A program made the translations under genes and the position numbers. Below the pieces are notes generated by a model. The model saw only the letters and a list, made by a program, of their open reading frames with translations. It searched no databases and was not told the origin of the DNA. Of a stretch of DNA of 64,000 nucleotides, positions 37,020 to 49,000 are shown piece by piece. How positions within the stretch are numbered: position 1 is the stretch's first letter; each line of letters opens with the position of its first letter. Source of the DNA: Amphiscolops sp. MND2022 (Eukaryota); the NCBI GenBank assembly GCA_964187785.1, contig OZ076416.1, positions 27,590,001 to 27,654,000 on the forward strand, read 5' to 3'.

Positions 37020-38650
37020 CTAACGAGCCACCGTGTCATCTACTAGTGTTCTGTGCGTTCGTGAAAATCTGTCGGAAGGTTACAGGGAGCGAAGAAATCA
37101 GAACAGTGGGATAAGACTTCGAGCAGATTGTGACAACATCAGTGTTTTCGCTTTTTGAACAACAAGCTGGATGTTCTCGAGAATCGAGAGCAAGAATGAA
37201 CGTATCGAAGGTTACAATTCTTATTCATGAAAGCAATATGGAAATAGAGTTGAGGTTTTGTCACTTTCAAGCGTCATATACAGTACAACAAATAAAGAAA
37301 TCCAATGTTTACGATGACGTATTATACTTACACCACGAATCGCAAATTTTTCCTACGTAACACTTCTTGTCGGTGGAAACATGTCAGTCTGTATGGACTG
37401 GACAGGTTTCCAAGTTACCGGTTTTCGGTATCCAAGAATTCAAACTCAGCACTGCTGAATTAAACAAGTTGAAAAGTGACAGGACAGAAATCATGGAAAC
37501 GTTTGACTACTCAGCGATGTTTATAAAGGGAAAAGGGCGTGGAAATGGCTAAGCCTATCCTGTGGAGTGGACCACACCTCTTGGAGAAGCAATCTTTGGT
37601 TCCGTTATGATCAAAGCAAGTCTAGCAGTAGACAAAGTTTACGCTAGTACAAAAATGCATATGGACGGGTCTATTCACTTGCAAAGACCCCTTCGGTAAT
37701 GAACATTCAAGGACTGACATTGTGGAGGATTTTGAACATGATTTTGTGGTTTACCTGAGGAAAAACACAACGGAATGTAATTGGTCAAAACTGGTTACCA
37801 TAGTGGGGGCGAATGAAGTAGTCCAATTCCGTGGGCTGAAAGGTACTTTCTTGGTGGGTTTCATCAACACTGACAAACAGAAACGATTCGCACTTGAAAT
37901 GGATAATTCGCCCACGACAATATGCAACAAAACTGTGTATCCTACAATAATACGAAAAGTTTACTTCATACTTGAAAACTGAGATTTAGAAAATCATGAA
38001 GTCAACTCGGGCGATGCATCTATGATTTTCCAAAGTCGTTCGGAAACAGTTTATGCGCGCGGTGTACAAGAGACGGAGGATATTTCGGTAGAAATAGACG
38101 TCCAGAAGTACAAGATGGACCATCTTAGAGAGCAATTGAAATTGTCACTCTATTCTAACAAAGAGAGTGTCGTGTTAGGATTCGGAGCTGTAGGGGTGCA
38201 TGTGGAGAGAGCAGGAGGAGTGGTTTACCTGCATCGATGCGCAAAATGGAAGTAATTGTGATCAAAAACACCTTTAGCACTGAAGAAATGCCAGCACGCC
38301 TAGGTCGAGATGGAAACTCTGTTATGAGATACATGCATTACCAGCGTTTTCTATACTAACTACGCAATGACCGAATCCAATCCTATTTATCACAATTTAC
38401 TAAAGTTGGCAATTGGTAAGTGGATAACATACGGTAAAAGAATAGAAAGAGCCAGAAGGGAACCGACACCATTTGTCAAGGACACTAGACGTAAAATGAG
38501 ACACCAGGAGGCTTATAGGGCTCAAACAAACTAAAGTGGATCTGTTTTCGAGGAGTAGTCGAGCAAGGGCATTACAAACATAGTCGAACTACGATCACAA
38601 GACGTGAAGTAAACTTTAGTCCACGCGGAGATTACGGCCATGCTAAATAC
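37020..38650 (+). pseudogene. env-like glycoprotein relic resembling Chuviridae/Jingchuvirales G (class III, gB-like fusion protein)
   Basis: Hydrophobic leader, then G*DFEQIVTTSVFSLFEQQAGC, EIELRFCHFQASY, LSVETCQSVWTG, RFALEMDNSPTTICNKTVYPT, ERAGGVVYLHRC..V.V...TEEMP in the order I recall for chuvirus-like G. Several stops and frameshifts. Confidence 0.7.
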
Positions 38651-39449
38651 TTTCATCTGAAATAGCCAAGTCGACAGCTGGGTTTCAGCTGGAGCGTTCT
38701 CAAGTGTTTTGTGAAAGGAAACGTTATTTGTTTGGCGATGGCGAGAGGAACGTTGTTTGTTTGGCGCTATCTATGTTGACATTGATGCTTTTCGGAACAT
38801 TTTTCAGACTTTAATACAAAATGTTTTTCATGATACAACTTAAGAAGCTAGGAACAACCATCAGGTTCGCTTTACAACCTTTCAACCCGTTTTACGAGTT
38901 TGGTAAAAACCTTGCTGAAGTCAAAAATCGTGAGGGAGAGCTTCTTGAAGAAAAGCAAGCAAATGTAGGTGAAAACGCAGTGTAAATTGGCAGCGTATAA
39001 TTTTTCCAGAAAAAATTGAAACATTTCTGACACCATGCTTTTTTGTTTGTTCAGAGATTAGGACGACTAAATTAATACGTCTACTATATTCCTGAATTGT
39101 ATCAAATTGGAACGGAGGTATCTCCAGGACTTTGCAGAGTGCAGGGGTGTATTTCCTGGCATCGGAATGTTACCACCGAAGACAGGCTTGCTGCCGCTAA
39201 CATCAAAAACAGGGCAGATATTACTAATTCACAACTGATCGGGCTTCGACAAGAATTGGATAAGGCGAAATTAAAAATTGAATCGTTGGTGGAACAACGT
39301 TGGTGGAACAACACGTTGGTGGCAGCATATCAACGGGCAGCGAGAAGAGCAGCGGAGAAATCCATATCATTTATCCCTATGATGCACTATAAAACGCGAC
39401 GTTTAGAATGTATCGAAATTGCTACAGCTTCTTCAATGAAAACAGTTTT

Positions 39450-42200
39450 GAAATCTTTTTTGCTGTGTACCAATTGGATATTGAGTCAACTGATGTAAAG
39501 CCTTTCCACTATTTGGTATGCAACACACAACAAATTAATTATCTCAACAACAACGTTTTGCCGCATGATTTCAGCACAAGGATTGGTCTCATCATACACG
39601 TACAGCTGTGTCAACCATTGGAGGAAAGTAGGTTTGTGGTTTAATGACCAGCGAAAACCTGCTCAAAACTCCCGCTTCGTTGAGAGGGTAAAAAAAAGCA
39701 TTCTGAATATACGAAACAAAGGCGATTAGTCTCTCAATTACAACGTATTGGTTCGAGCAAGAAATCCAATAAAACTTTTTAAATCCAAGAGCAGAAACAT
39801 CTATCAGAATTTCAAAATTTTTCAAAATTCAAAAAAGCACTGTTAATCGATCAGAAACTTATCAAAACTTACCAAGTATTCTCCATCATTTACTTCGCTC
39901 ATCCCAAAAACGTTGTAAAGCTTCCAAGTCCGAATCCTTGGCACTTGTTTTCAAGTTATTGTGCGAAGACTACCAGCCTCTTGAAACAGCGATGCCTGAT
40001 GCCGGCAAGCCATTGAGCTTTAGCAATTGGCAAAAGACCCAATGGTGCCCTTTTGTCGTCTCTGCAGACATAGAGGCCATGGACGTTCCTAGTCATAATT
40101 GTTCTGAAGGAACATCAACTACAAACATTGATGAGGTTAAAAGACAACACCCTGAACGTTTTGGCGATGTTGTCTGGGATCAAAGAACATTGATTATTGC
40201 CAAAAGCATGTATTACAAAGGAGAAAGTTGCATTGAGCGGCTGATGGAAGCTTTGAGAAATTAGTAGTCATGGGAAAGTCACAAAAAGCAAAAGCATCCT
40301 CGACTGGAAATATCGACTTCAGAACGACAAACGCTGATGTCTGCACTGTGCTGAACACTCTCGTATTTGAACGTGTGATTTGCCTCATGACCAAAGACTT
40401 GTGAATTATTGCCATTCAACAGATTTTGTTTTTGGTGTGGTGTTCGCCTGTATTTTCTCACAAACATGCCCTTTAGGACGCACATTATACCATCAAAAAC
40501 TTACCGCTCAAAGAAAATGATAATTTCCAAGCCATTTCGAGGACGGACAAAGTGTGCATATCTTTATCCAGATCTGTTCTGGTCGACTCTTGCACGACGA
40601 AGAAAGATCGAAAGTTAAAGTGTTTAACGTTTTAAGGTTTCTTGGTAGTTTCAATTCATGATCCAAGGCATCGATTCTCTGGCTAAAACAGGAAGATGTT
40701 TTGTTATTGAGGGACTACTTCCTTCCAACAAATCCCTATGTTGAATGAACTTTTTTTGACAGGAAAAAGTTTTTCTCCTTACAGCTACCCAGATTCCTTT
40801 GAGCAACTCCAGCAACGTTTGTCGCCTTTGAGGGCGAAATATTGAGAGGCGAAATTTGAGAAACTTGTTGACAGGAAAAATCGATTTAACTGAAGCTGAT
40901 AACATAACAGTTGTCAACTTTTGTATTGTTTTTGACTGCCAGTGTCTTGGAGACTATCACGACAATTACATCCGAGTGGACGTTTTTCTTCTCGCAGATG
41001 TTTTTCAGTTTTTCAGTTTTTTTTTGAAAGTTTATTCGGTAGACCCAGCACACTTTTTCTCAGCGCCTAAATTCTGCTGAGGACTGATGCTCATAACAAC
41101 ACGAGCAACCTCGAGGCTACTGTCAGATTTGAGATGTTGCTTTTTTCGATAAAGGCATTCGTGGAGAAGCAAATGGTATTGGTGAACTTTGTCATTTTGG
41201 AGCAAATAATCAAAATCTCGATTATTTTAACAAAACAAGCCCTCGGTGCATTGTTTCATGCAATCTCTCTATAAGTTGGGACTATGCAGCGAATGTTTCC
41301 ATTAGATGATTATTCTTGTAACAAGGCTGTGACTTTGTCGGAAATTCTGCAGACTGACGACTCCACACCAGTGGGCTCTTTCGTTGAGTTTGGCTTGCGG
41401 TATGCTCCATCCTTCTTTGCATGATGACCATTGAGATCTTCCAATAACACCCGAAAAACATGTAATTGAGCAGTCTTGGCAGTCATTCTACGCTCAATGT
41501 TTTGGAGACAAAAACTCCTCGAACGCCCCCGAAAATCTGATTGAAACACTTTTCGACAAAGAAACCTACGTGTGCCACTATTGCAACTGGAAATGTTATG
41601 TCAAGCATGGCCTCAAAGTCAAAATATTGCATCGCGTCGTGCAGTTCAGGCAAAGCAATTGGCTCGAAGAATATAGTTCAAAGAACGAAATTTATGAGAA
41701 AACAAGCAGCCAAGAAACTATGAGAAACTTTTTTCTAACTTATGAGCAACGCTTGCTTCGGCAAGACTATGGAGAGTTTGCGTAATCGCAAGGAACTTAG
41801 CTTTGATTCAAGTGAACTTGGGCTGGAATTTTCAAATGCCAACTTTCAGAGGGTTTCAAACAATTCATGAAAACTTAGTGTCCTTATCTTTGTCTCCCTC
41901 AAATATTGTAGTGAAGAAATCAACGCCAGTAGGCGCCTCAATCCTCGACTTCTCTTACGTTTGCCTCTACAACTTTCATTACGCAGAAACGAAATCTCGT
42001 TACGGTGAAAAACGAAAAAATTAAGGTTTGCTACAAAGACATACAATTACGTCTTTATCGAGTTGAAACTATTAGTTTAGATGCTGTCATGACTGAGTTT
42101 AAGCACCTTGTTGAGTTTCTAGGAATCACATTTTCTTCACGATGGTTCAACAAAAAAATTCCGGTAACGATGATTGATGAAATCAGGGAAAAATGTTGAC
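39450..42200 (+). pseudogene. Protein-primed family B DNA polymerase (pPolB) relic
   Basis: KKSILNIRNK; CPFVVSADIEA; DYHDNYIRVDVFLLADVF; DPAHFFSAP; KGIRG; KIKILHRVVQFRQSNWLEEY; PVGASILDFS..LYNFHY; NKKIPVTMIDEIREK. Confidence 0.92.
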
Positions 42201-42379
42201 CGAATTTGGATTCACACGTTGTTCTGAATAGAACGTCCGGATCCTGGTTCTCACCAGCCTTCTCCAACAGACAAAATGCCCAGTATGGAATGGGATGATT
42301 ACAACAAAATCAATTCTGCACGGTGTGATTGTACTCCCGAAGCGCCGGGATGTCCCTCTATTGATTTCGAAGACATCGA

Positions 42380-42510
42380 NNNNNNNNNNNNNNNNNNNNN
42401 NNNNNNNNNNNNNNNNNNNNNNNNNNNNNNNNNNNNNNNNNNNNNNNNNNNNNNNNNNNNNNNNNNNNNNNNNNNNNNNNNNNNNNNNNNNNNNNNNNNN
42501 NNNNNNNNNT
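42380..42510. other. Assembly gap (N run)
   Basis: 131 Ns. Confidence 1.
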
Positions 42511-43009
42511 CAATTACCAGTCCGCAGCATGAAAAAGCAGTGAAATTTGAGTGATGAAGTGTGAAATGTTCGAAAAAACCTTGGGTTATGGGGAACATTT
42601 CAAAAGAGTTTATACAATCGATTTTCCAGTATTGAGTGCTTATCATGATAAATTGCTTTGAAATTAGTTTTACAGTTCGAATCGAAACACAGAAGTAATT
42701 CAACTTTAGCAACTTGTTTCATGTTTTCGAAATGTTTGATACATTCATTTATCATTTTGTTAAATTAAAATTCTTCAAATTGAAAAGCAATCATTGAGCG
42801 TTTTACGACGTTTTTGGGACATAAAAAGAAAAGACACCACACAGGTTGGACGTAGGCTTTCGAAGAGCCAATTCAATTCGACAAAACGCGTTTTGTCATT
42901 TCTCCAGTGATTCTGTGGAGCTGAAGAAGTGTTGTTTTGTGTCGATTGACATTTCCGACTGCAGTCAACCACATTAGCAACCAATGTTCATCAAGCTCGC
43001 CAGCCTTGA

Positions 43010-44450
43010 AAGTGTTTATAGTTTAGTAGATAAAAAGTTTTTCAATATACATCGATCAAAGGGGCTACCTTTGTAAATGTTTCTAGTCGCATCAATAGTA
43101 GCTTGAATGACGCGCTCAGCATTAAGAAATTTTTCTACAGATTCAGGAGAGCCGCGGCAAACGTCAGTTCCAAAGTAGTCCAGATCCAGGTAGCTCAGGA
43201 AGCAAGGTCATACATTTACTGAGTTCTCGAGGTGAAGTAAAGTCAGAGACGAGAAAAAATTACTTGCATGCTTGCTCATTTAAAGCAATTCAATTTCCAA
43301 CCCGCTCGAGTTCCAAAGCACTTATGAAAATGTAATGCAGTCTCGCATTGTGTCTGGTGGAGTGCCAGTTATAGGCAAGTCGTTTTCACGATGCAACTTC
43401 ACCTCTTGGAAAACTTACTTTTCAAAACGGAAAGGCGTGGATGATATTGTTGTGCCCTTGAAATAACAATTGCAAAACGTACAAAGTGTCAATCGACGAG
43501 TTTGCTCCGTACCAAAACTGTTCTTCTGTCACAGAGGAATTTTGACCAGCTTCAATTGGAAGCTTTTGCTCAAATTTCTCATGTACGAGTCGACAGCTCT
43601 ACTTTTTATCAGTGCCCGTTGATTGCTAATCGTCGCAGCGTCAAACGAAACATTGTTTCGACACACAATGAAGTTCGCTCTAATGTGACATTGGAAAGAT
43701 TTTGATCCATCGTTTCTGCATCCGTTGCGTTTAATGTTCAAAGGGTTTCCAATGCGAAGTGGGAACAGTTTCCGATGTAGGGAGCATTTGCTCTCGCTGG
43801 TGTTTTTGGCTACAATAGTAGCTTGAGTCTCTCCATTCCGTTTCTCGTTTCCTCGATATTGGCAGCCCTGCAACGTGGCCAAGTGTTTGTGCTTGTGGTT
43901 TCAGTGGTTAGAGTTCCGTTTCCTCAAATGCCAGGTGATGATAGTTGCTGTTGTTGTTGCTCGGCATTAGTTTCTCGATCGAAAACATTTCAATGTTAGA
44001 GGACAAGGTAAGGTGAATGTTCTTGGAAGAAAAGAAGTTTTCTGAACCATCTAGGTGATTTGCCCGTTGGGTTTGTTTGTTGTTACTTCGAGTGCGAGAC
44101 AGTTTCTAACTATGTCGACGCAAATTTTGCTATCAGCAGTTACATAAAAGTTCAGTTCGGCAGCCAACTCCAGTTCACATTTCCCTATCGATAGACTCTT
44201 CATAATTTTTGAGAACTGACAATTCTGCGAAAAAGTCCAATGCACTGTGAGTAACAGGGTTGTACATTTTCCGGTAAACGCCAAAGGTGTTGTTGCTAGG
44301 GTTGACAGCTTGGTCTGTGTTGGGTTGGTTAATTTTCTGTGAATCCAGCGCTAGACAAAAATTTATACCGTATTTTCTCGGCAACGTTTTTGTTTGAAAT
44401 GCCAATTCTTTTGCCAACGCCACAACGTAATTTCTCCGTTTTAGCATTGC
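43010..44450 (-). pseudogene. Polinton major capsid protein (double jelly-roll) relic
   Basis: FPIEAGQNSSV; SFGTEQTRRLTLC; STPFRFEK; LPITGTP; DFTSPRELSKCMTLLPEL; IDATRNIYK match my recall of the Polinton MCP C-terminal half. Confidence 0.8.
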
Positions 44451-44459
44451 AATCCGTCC

Positions 44460-44730
44460 CCTCCTCATTCGCAAAGTCTCGAAGTCGAAACGAAACGGTC
44501 CGTGGTGACCTATCGGTCCTCAGAAGGTGGTTGCGCTTGACGGGATTTTCGAATGAATTTGGCTGTGGTAGTGCTGGTCCAATGTAATCCAAGTAAAGAT
44601 CTGTTCGGGTACAAACGCTTGCCAGGGCGCGTTATCCAATAATGACCGGAATCTAGCAATGTTGCCCTTCCGGTCCAAGAAATGAACAAGTTTAGTGCCT
44701 TCGTGTTGATCGCATTACCTGCATTGTTCA
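44460..44730 (-). pseudogene. Small Polinton gene upstream of MCP (core-protein-like)
   Basis: GRATLLD...RPGKRL resembles the GR.A+P...P.AKR+G motif of the small conserved Polinton ORF. Confidence 0.4.
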
Positions 44731-44893
44731 AACGGCAAAGTCATGTTTGTGCTGCCACAACCGGATATGGTAATAAGAGACCCGTTTCATTTTTAGGCGC
44801 AATGGTAATCGACTGCATTATGCAATTGATGAGACGTCGTTATTTTAGTATAGAAAAGGTGCAATAATTGGCGTTGGGGGCAATAGTAAGGGG
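44730..44893 (-). pseudogene. Polinton minor capsid (penton), C-terminal part
   Basis: TFSILK*RRLINCIMQSITIAPKNETGLLLPYPVV matches the F.NLQFRRL...SI.I.L..ETG.L+PF motif. Confidence 0.65.
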
Positions 44894-46058
44894 TGTAACG
44901 GCTGCTTGCCCTTATCCTGCGCTGCGGCTTGACAAGCTGTACGCTGCCCTGATCCGTTGCTTAGTGCTGTGGTCCGTGACTACACATATCGTGGTTTTCT
45001 TGTTTTTAAAGGACTGTATCTTTTGGCTGGTGAGTCCGATGTGACCCGTGGAATCTCCTACGATCCCGATTTACACTGACTTGGATCGATGTGATCCTGC
45101 ACAAACTTCCTGCTCTGTATTCTCACGGGCTCAGGCTTTCAACTATGAGAGTAGCTGCTTGTTCGTTCTGTGGAAAGTTAACTAGTCTCGCGGTCCTAAG
45201 ACCCAACTTGACTATAGCTATTCAGTGGAGAAAATCTCTATCTAATAAGGGTTTAAATGTGGTTTACAATTCTAGAGTAAATATAGAACAAATATCTGTT
45301 GAAATATGTTGTATAAATAAATGACATTTGAAGCATAATGAAAGTTTTTAGCTATGGAAACAAACTATGTCGTGGTTCTAGCATGTTGGTCAGGTTGGCT
45401 ATAAAGTATGTTTACACTATGTAAATATCATCAATGTCAACAGAGTTACACTCTAAAGTAGTTGTATGGGTAAATAGAAGTGTTTACATTTTTGTCTCAA
45501 TGACCTTGATTACTACACATGTGAGGGGTAAAGGGGGCTGTAATGGGTGATTGACTTTGAAACTTAGGCGGTGTGTTCGTGCCATGTACTCGCACATGTC
45601 TTCCAAGTTTCATGACTCTAGGGTTAATAGTTGTTGAGAAAACCTGTTGGGGGGTTCCCAATTTTTTGACGATCGATTTTTCTGCAAGTTTTCATATAAG
45701 TTATGAAGTGTTTAAGTTCTTGTTTCTCAACCAGCATGTTCTAAATCGAGTTTCTTTGCCTGCTGATGACTGGCGCCAACAAGCGGAGATTCGCGCTGCG
45801 AACGTGTGGTAGATTTTGCCAGAACTTTCATAACCTAAATCACAGTATACAAAGTTTGAGTCACTGCCAACCGTCACATCAATCGGATTTTTTATGCCTC
45901 TCTCTCTCTTGCTGCCGTCTGTTTATTTTTGCTCTTTGACTCGCAACCGGGTCTTTTGCATTCACGCAGTCGATACAAATTTGCATTCCAAAGATGTTTT
46001 TGAGTGTAAAATGTTTTCATCGTTGGTGCCTGTAAAAATGATATAGAGCATTTGAGAA
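44894..46058 (-). repeat. BEL 3' LTR (~1165 bp)
   Basis: Homologous to 52656-53960. On the minus strand it is preceded by the purine-rich GGGAGAAATCAGGG. Confidence 0.9.
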
Positions 46059-46099
46059 TTGCCGGCCCTGATTTCTCCCGAAACGCACTTTCGTAGAAC

Positions 46100-49000
46100 A
46101 AGGGTGCCAGTTTCACTATTGGTCTTTTGAGTTTTCGTCTTCCGTTTTCACCAGCGCTGATCTCACTAGCCCATCGCCTCCATGATAGACTTCCAACAGT
46201 TTACCTACCTTTTAGTGTGCTCTTTTCACATTCTCATCCACTATCCAAACCAAATCATTGACTTCCAGTTGTCTAGCTTCTTCTTTATTCCATTTCGAGG
46301 TCTCATTCCGTAGTGGTAATTGTTCTCTGTTCCATCTGTTCCAGATCATATCCGCACATGCTTGTGACACTCTGAATACTCTTCGCAGATCTGTATATCG
46401 CTGGGCGTCAGGTATGAATGGGGTTGCTGGACTTGCGTGTCCTCGCAGGATGTGATTTGGAGTTGAAGCTTCCAAATCTTCAAGATCGTTACTGACACTA
46501 GTCAGAGGTCTCGAATTCAATATCTGCTCGACTAGACACTTGATTGTGGTTAGTACATTATCTGTCAGTATTCTGCTTCGCAGTATTGCCATCATAGCTT
46601 TCTTGCAACTTCTACCCTTTCGTTCCCAAATACCTCCAAAATGCGGCGCTCTTGGAGGTTTGAACTTCCATTTTATCCGCCTTTGAGCCAAAGACTGCTC
46701 AATATCTGATTGATTCCAAGCTTCTATCCATTCTCGCAGATCTCTACCTGAGCCCACAAAATTCGTTCCACTATCACTGAGAAAGATATTGGGTTTCCCT
46801 CTTCGTGCGATGAACCTCGTTATAGCAGCAAACATGCGTCGGATTCCAGCTGGGCACGACTTCGACACGCACAGCTCTTGTTGTCAAACATGTGAAGAGA
46901 CAACACCAGCGTTTCATTGATTTCCTCATAAATCTCACTTCGAATGGTCCAAAGTAATCTACTCTTTCATCCAATCTTTCTCTAGGCAGGTCTGCAATGA
47001 AGGGTTGAACTCCTCCAACTTGTTGTTTTCTGAACTTAACACACTTCAATTTCATATTTCTGAGCGCGTTTCGAAGTCCACTTATCCAGTAATTTCGCTG
47101 CAAAATTTTGCTGCAAACATACTCCGTTCATTCACGATAGTTACTCTCATGAGCATCCTCAATCAATTTTCTCGATATCGGATGCTTCGCAGATAGCAAA
47201 ATTGGATGTTTCATTTCATAACTCGCTTCAGCATGACGTAGTCTTCCTTTTGATCGCAATATGTTCTGATTCTCCATGCACAGTGATAGTTTTTTCAAGT
47301 GATCGGATGCAGGCATGGGTTTACCTGCGGCCAATGCTTGATACGTTGGACCAAAGCTTTCCATCTGGCTTTTCCGCAGTAGCATTAGGATCACTTGCTG
47401 CAATACTTCTGTTATGACTACTTTTCCTTCCATTTTTGATTGGAACCAAAGGCAGGAGGCGAAGATTCGTGTGATTCTTCTGAAAGAACCGAACTTTTCC
47501 CAACCTATGTCTTTTTCTTCTGACACTACTTCAAAGACTTGTTCTATGTCTTCTGTTTTTTGTTGGAACAACTGTGGTGAAGTTTGTGGCCAACCATTTT
47601 GTTTCTCGCAAAGCCATGACGGCCCTGTGAACTATTCGCTCCTTTCCAGCTCAAGAACAGGGTTTCCTCTCGTTCCAATGTCGGCAGGGTTTAAGGTTCC
47701 TTCGACATGTCTCCATTGATCAATGGTTGAGCTGTCAAGGATTTCAGCAACTCTGTTTGCTACAAACACCGGTTGTTTCTTGTCAGCTCCATGCAACAAT
47801 TGTGAAACAGTTGTCGAATCCGTCCAAAAGTAAGTTCGTTCAATTAAAACGTCGTGTTCGTCCACGATCAGTTGTTTCAATCGAGTCCGATACATGGCTG
47901 CTTGTAGCTCTATTCGGGGAATTGATTGTCGCTACTCGGCACTTTCCTACTACATAGGCAAGCTCTCTTGTCCGTTGATCTCGAAAGTACGCTACTATGC
48001 ACATAGCGTCCAAGAATGCATCAGCGAAAACTGCAAGTCCACTACTTCAGCACTTTTCGATAATTAATTTCTTTCGAGAGTCATCTCATTCATGTGACTC
48101 AACTCCAGTGCCCAATCCTTGAAAGCTATCTCGTCTTCTGGAGATACTTGTTCGTCCCACGATTGCCCATGTGTTTTCCAAATTCCTTTGAGCAATAATC
48201 TCATCTTCACTGTGAAGGGTGAAAACAATCCCTACGCATCACACACTGAGGATAGTTGGGATAAAACTACTTGCTGATTGACCTTGGCAGGCACGTCTTT
48301 TCCCATACCGCGGAAGATCTCAAGACTGTCCGACTCTACATTCCACTGGAGTCCCAAGATTGACGGTGCCGAGTGTTCAGCTTCGAATGTTTTACTCAGC
48401 GCGCCTGATCTGTGTTCAGGAGATATTACTGCCATTACTTTCTTGGCGTTGCAAATTCATTTCGTAAGTTGAAACCCACCATCGGCTAAAGACTTTCGCA
48501 AGCTTTTACACACTTCAACAGCTTCTTCCTCTGAATCTACTGACTTCACAAAATCGGTAATGTAGAAATTTCTTTTTATCAACTTTGCGATCATCCCATT
48601 GTCGTCGCTGCAGTCTCGTCTGACTTGTTGCAAAGCAGAGTTCACACAAGTTGGCTAACTGTTAGCTCCAAAAATGTGTCTTCGATATTCATAAAAAGAG
48701 ATAGGTTCAGTGTTGTTTTCTCTCCTCAGAAATCTCAGTACTTTGCAATCAGCAGGGGGTACTTTCACTTGGAGAAACATCGCTTCAACGTCTGCGGTCA
48801 AGGCAATTTGCTTCTCCCTGAATCTGAAGATAATTCCTATCAGCGATTGTAGATGGATCGGACCGGCCATCAAGTTATCATTAAGTGAAACATCTCCCAA
48901 CTTGAGGCAGAATTGCATGCTCGTCTCACGTTGTCCGGCTTGTTCGAGTTCAACAATGGAAGAACGTACCAGGAACGTGCAGGAAGTGAAACGTACAACT

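Larger units (their letters stand above)
35990..38650 (+). mobile_element. 3' half of a Ty3/Gypsy element: integrase plus env-like ORF3
   Basis: Integrase core and GPY/F module followed directly by a glycoprotein-like relic on the same strand. Confidence 0.85.

Noticed and set aside
37020-44450. Functional link between the env-like glycoprotein and the adjacent Polinton capsid and polymerase genes
   Set aside because: The env is collinear with a Gypsy integrase. Adjacency in a nested TE cluster is expected by chance.
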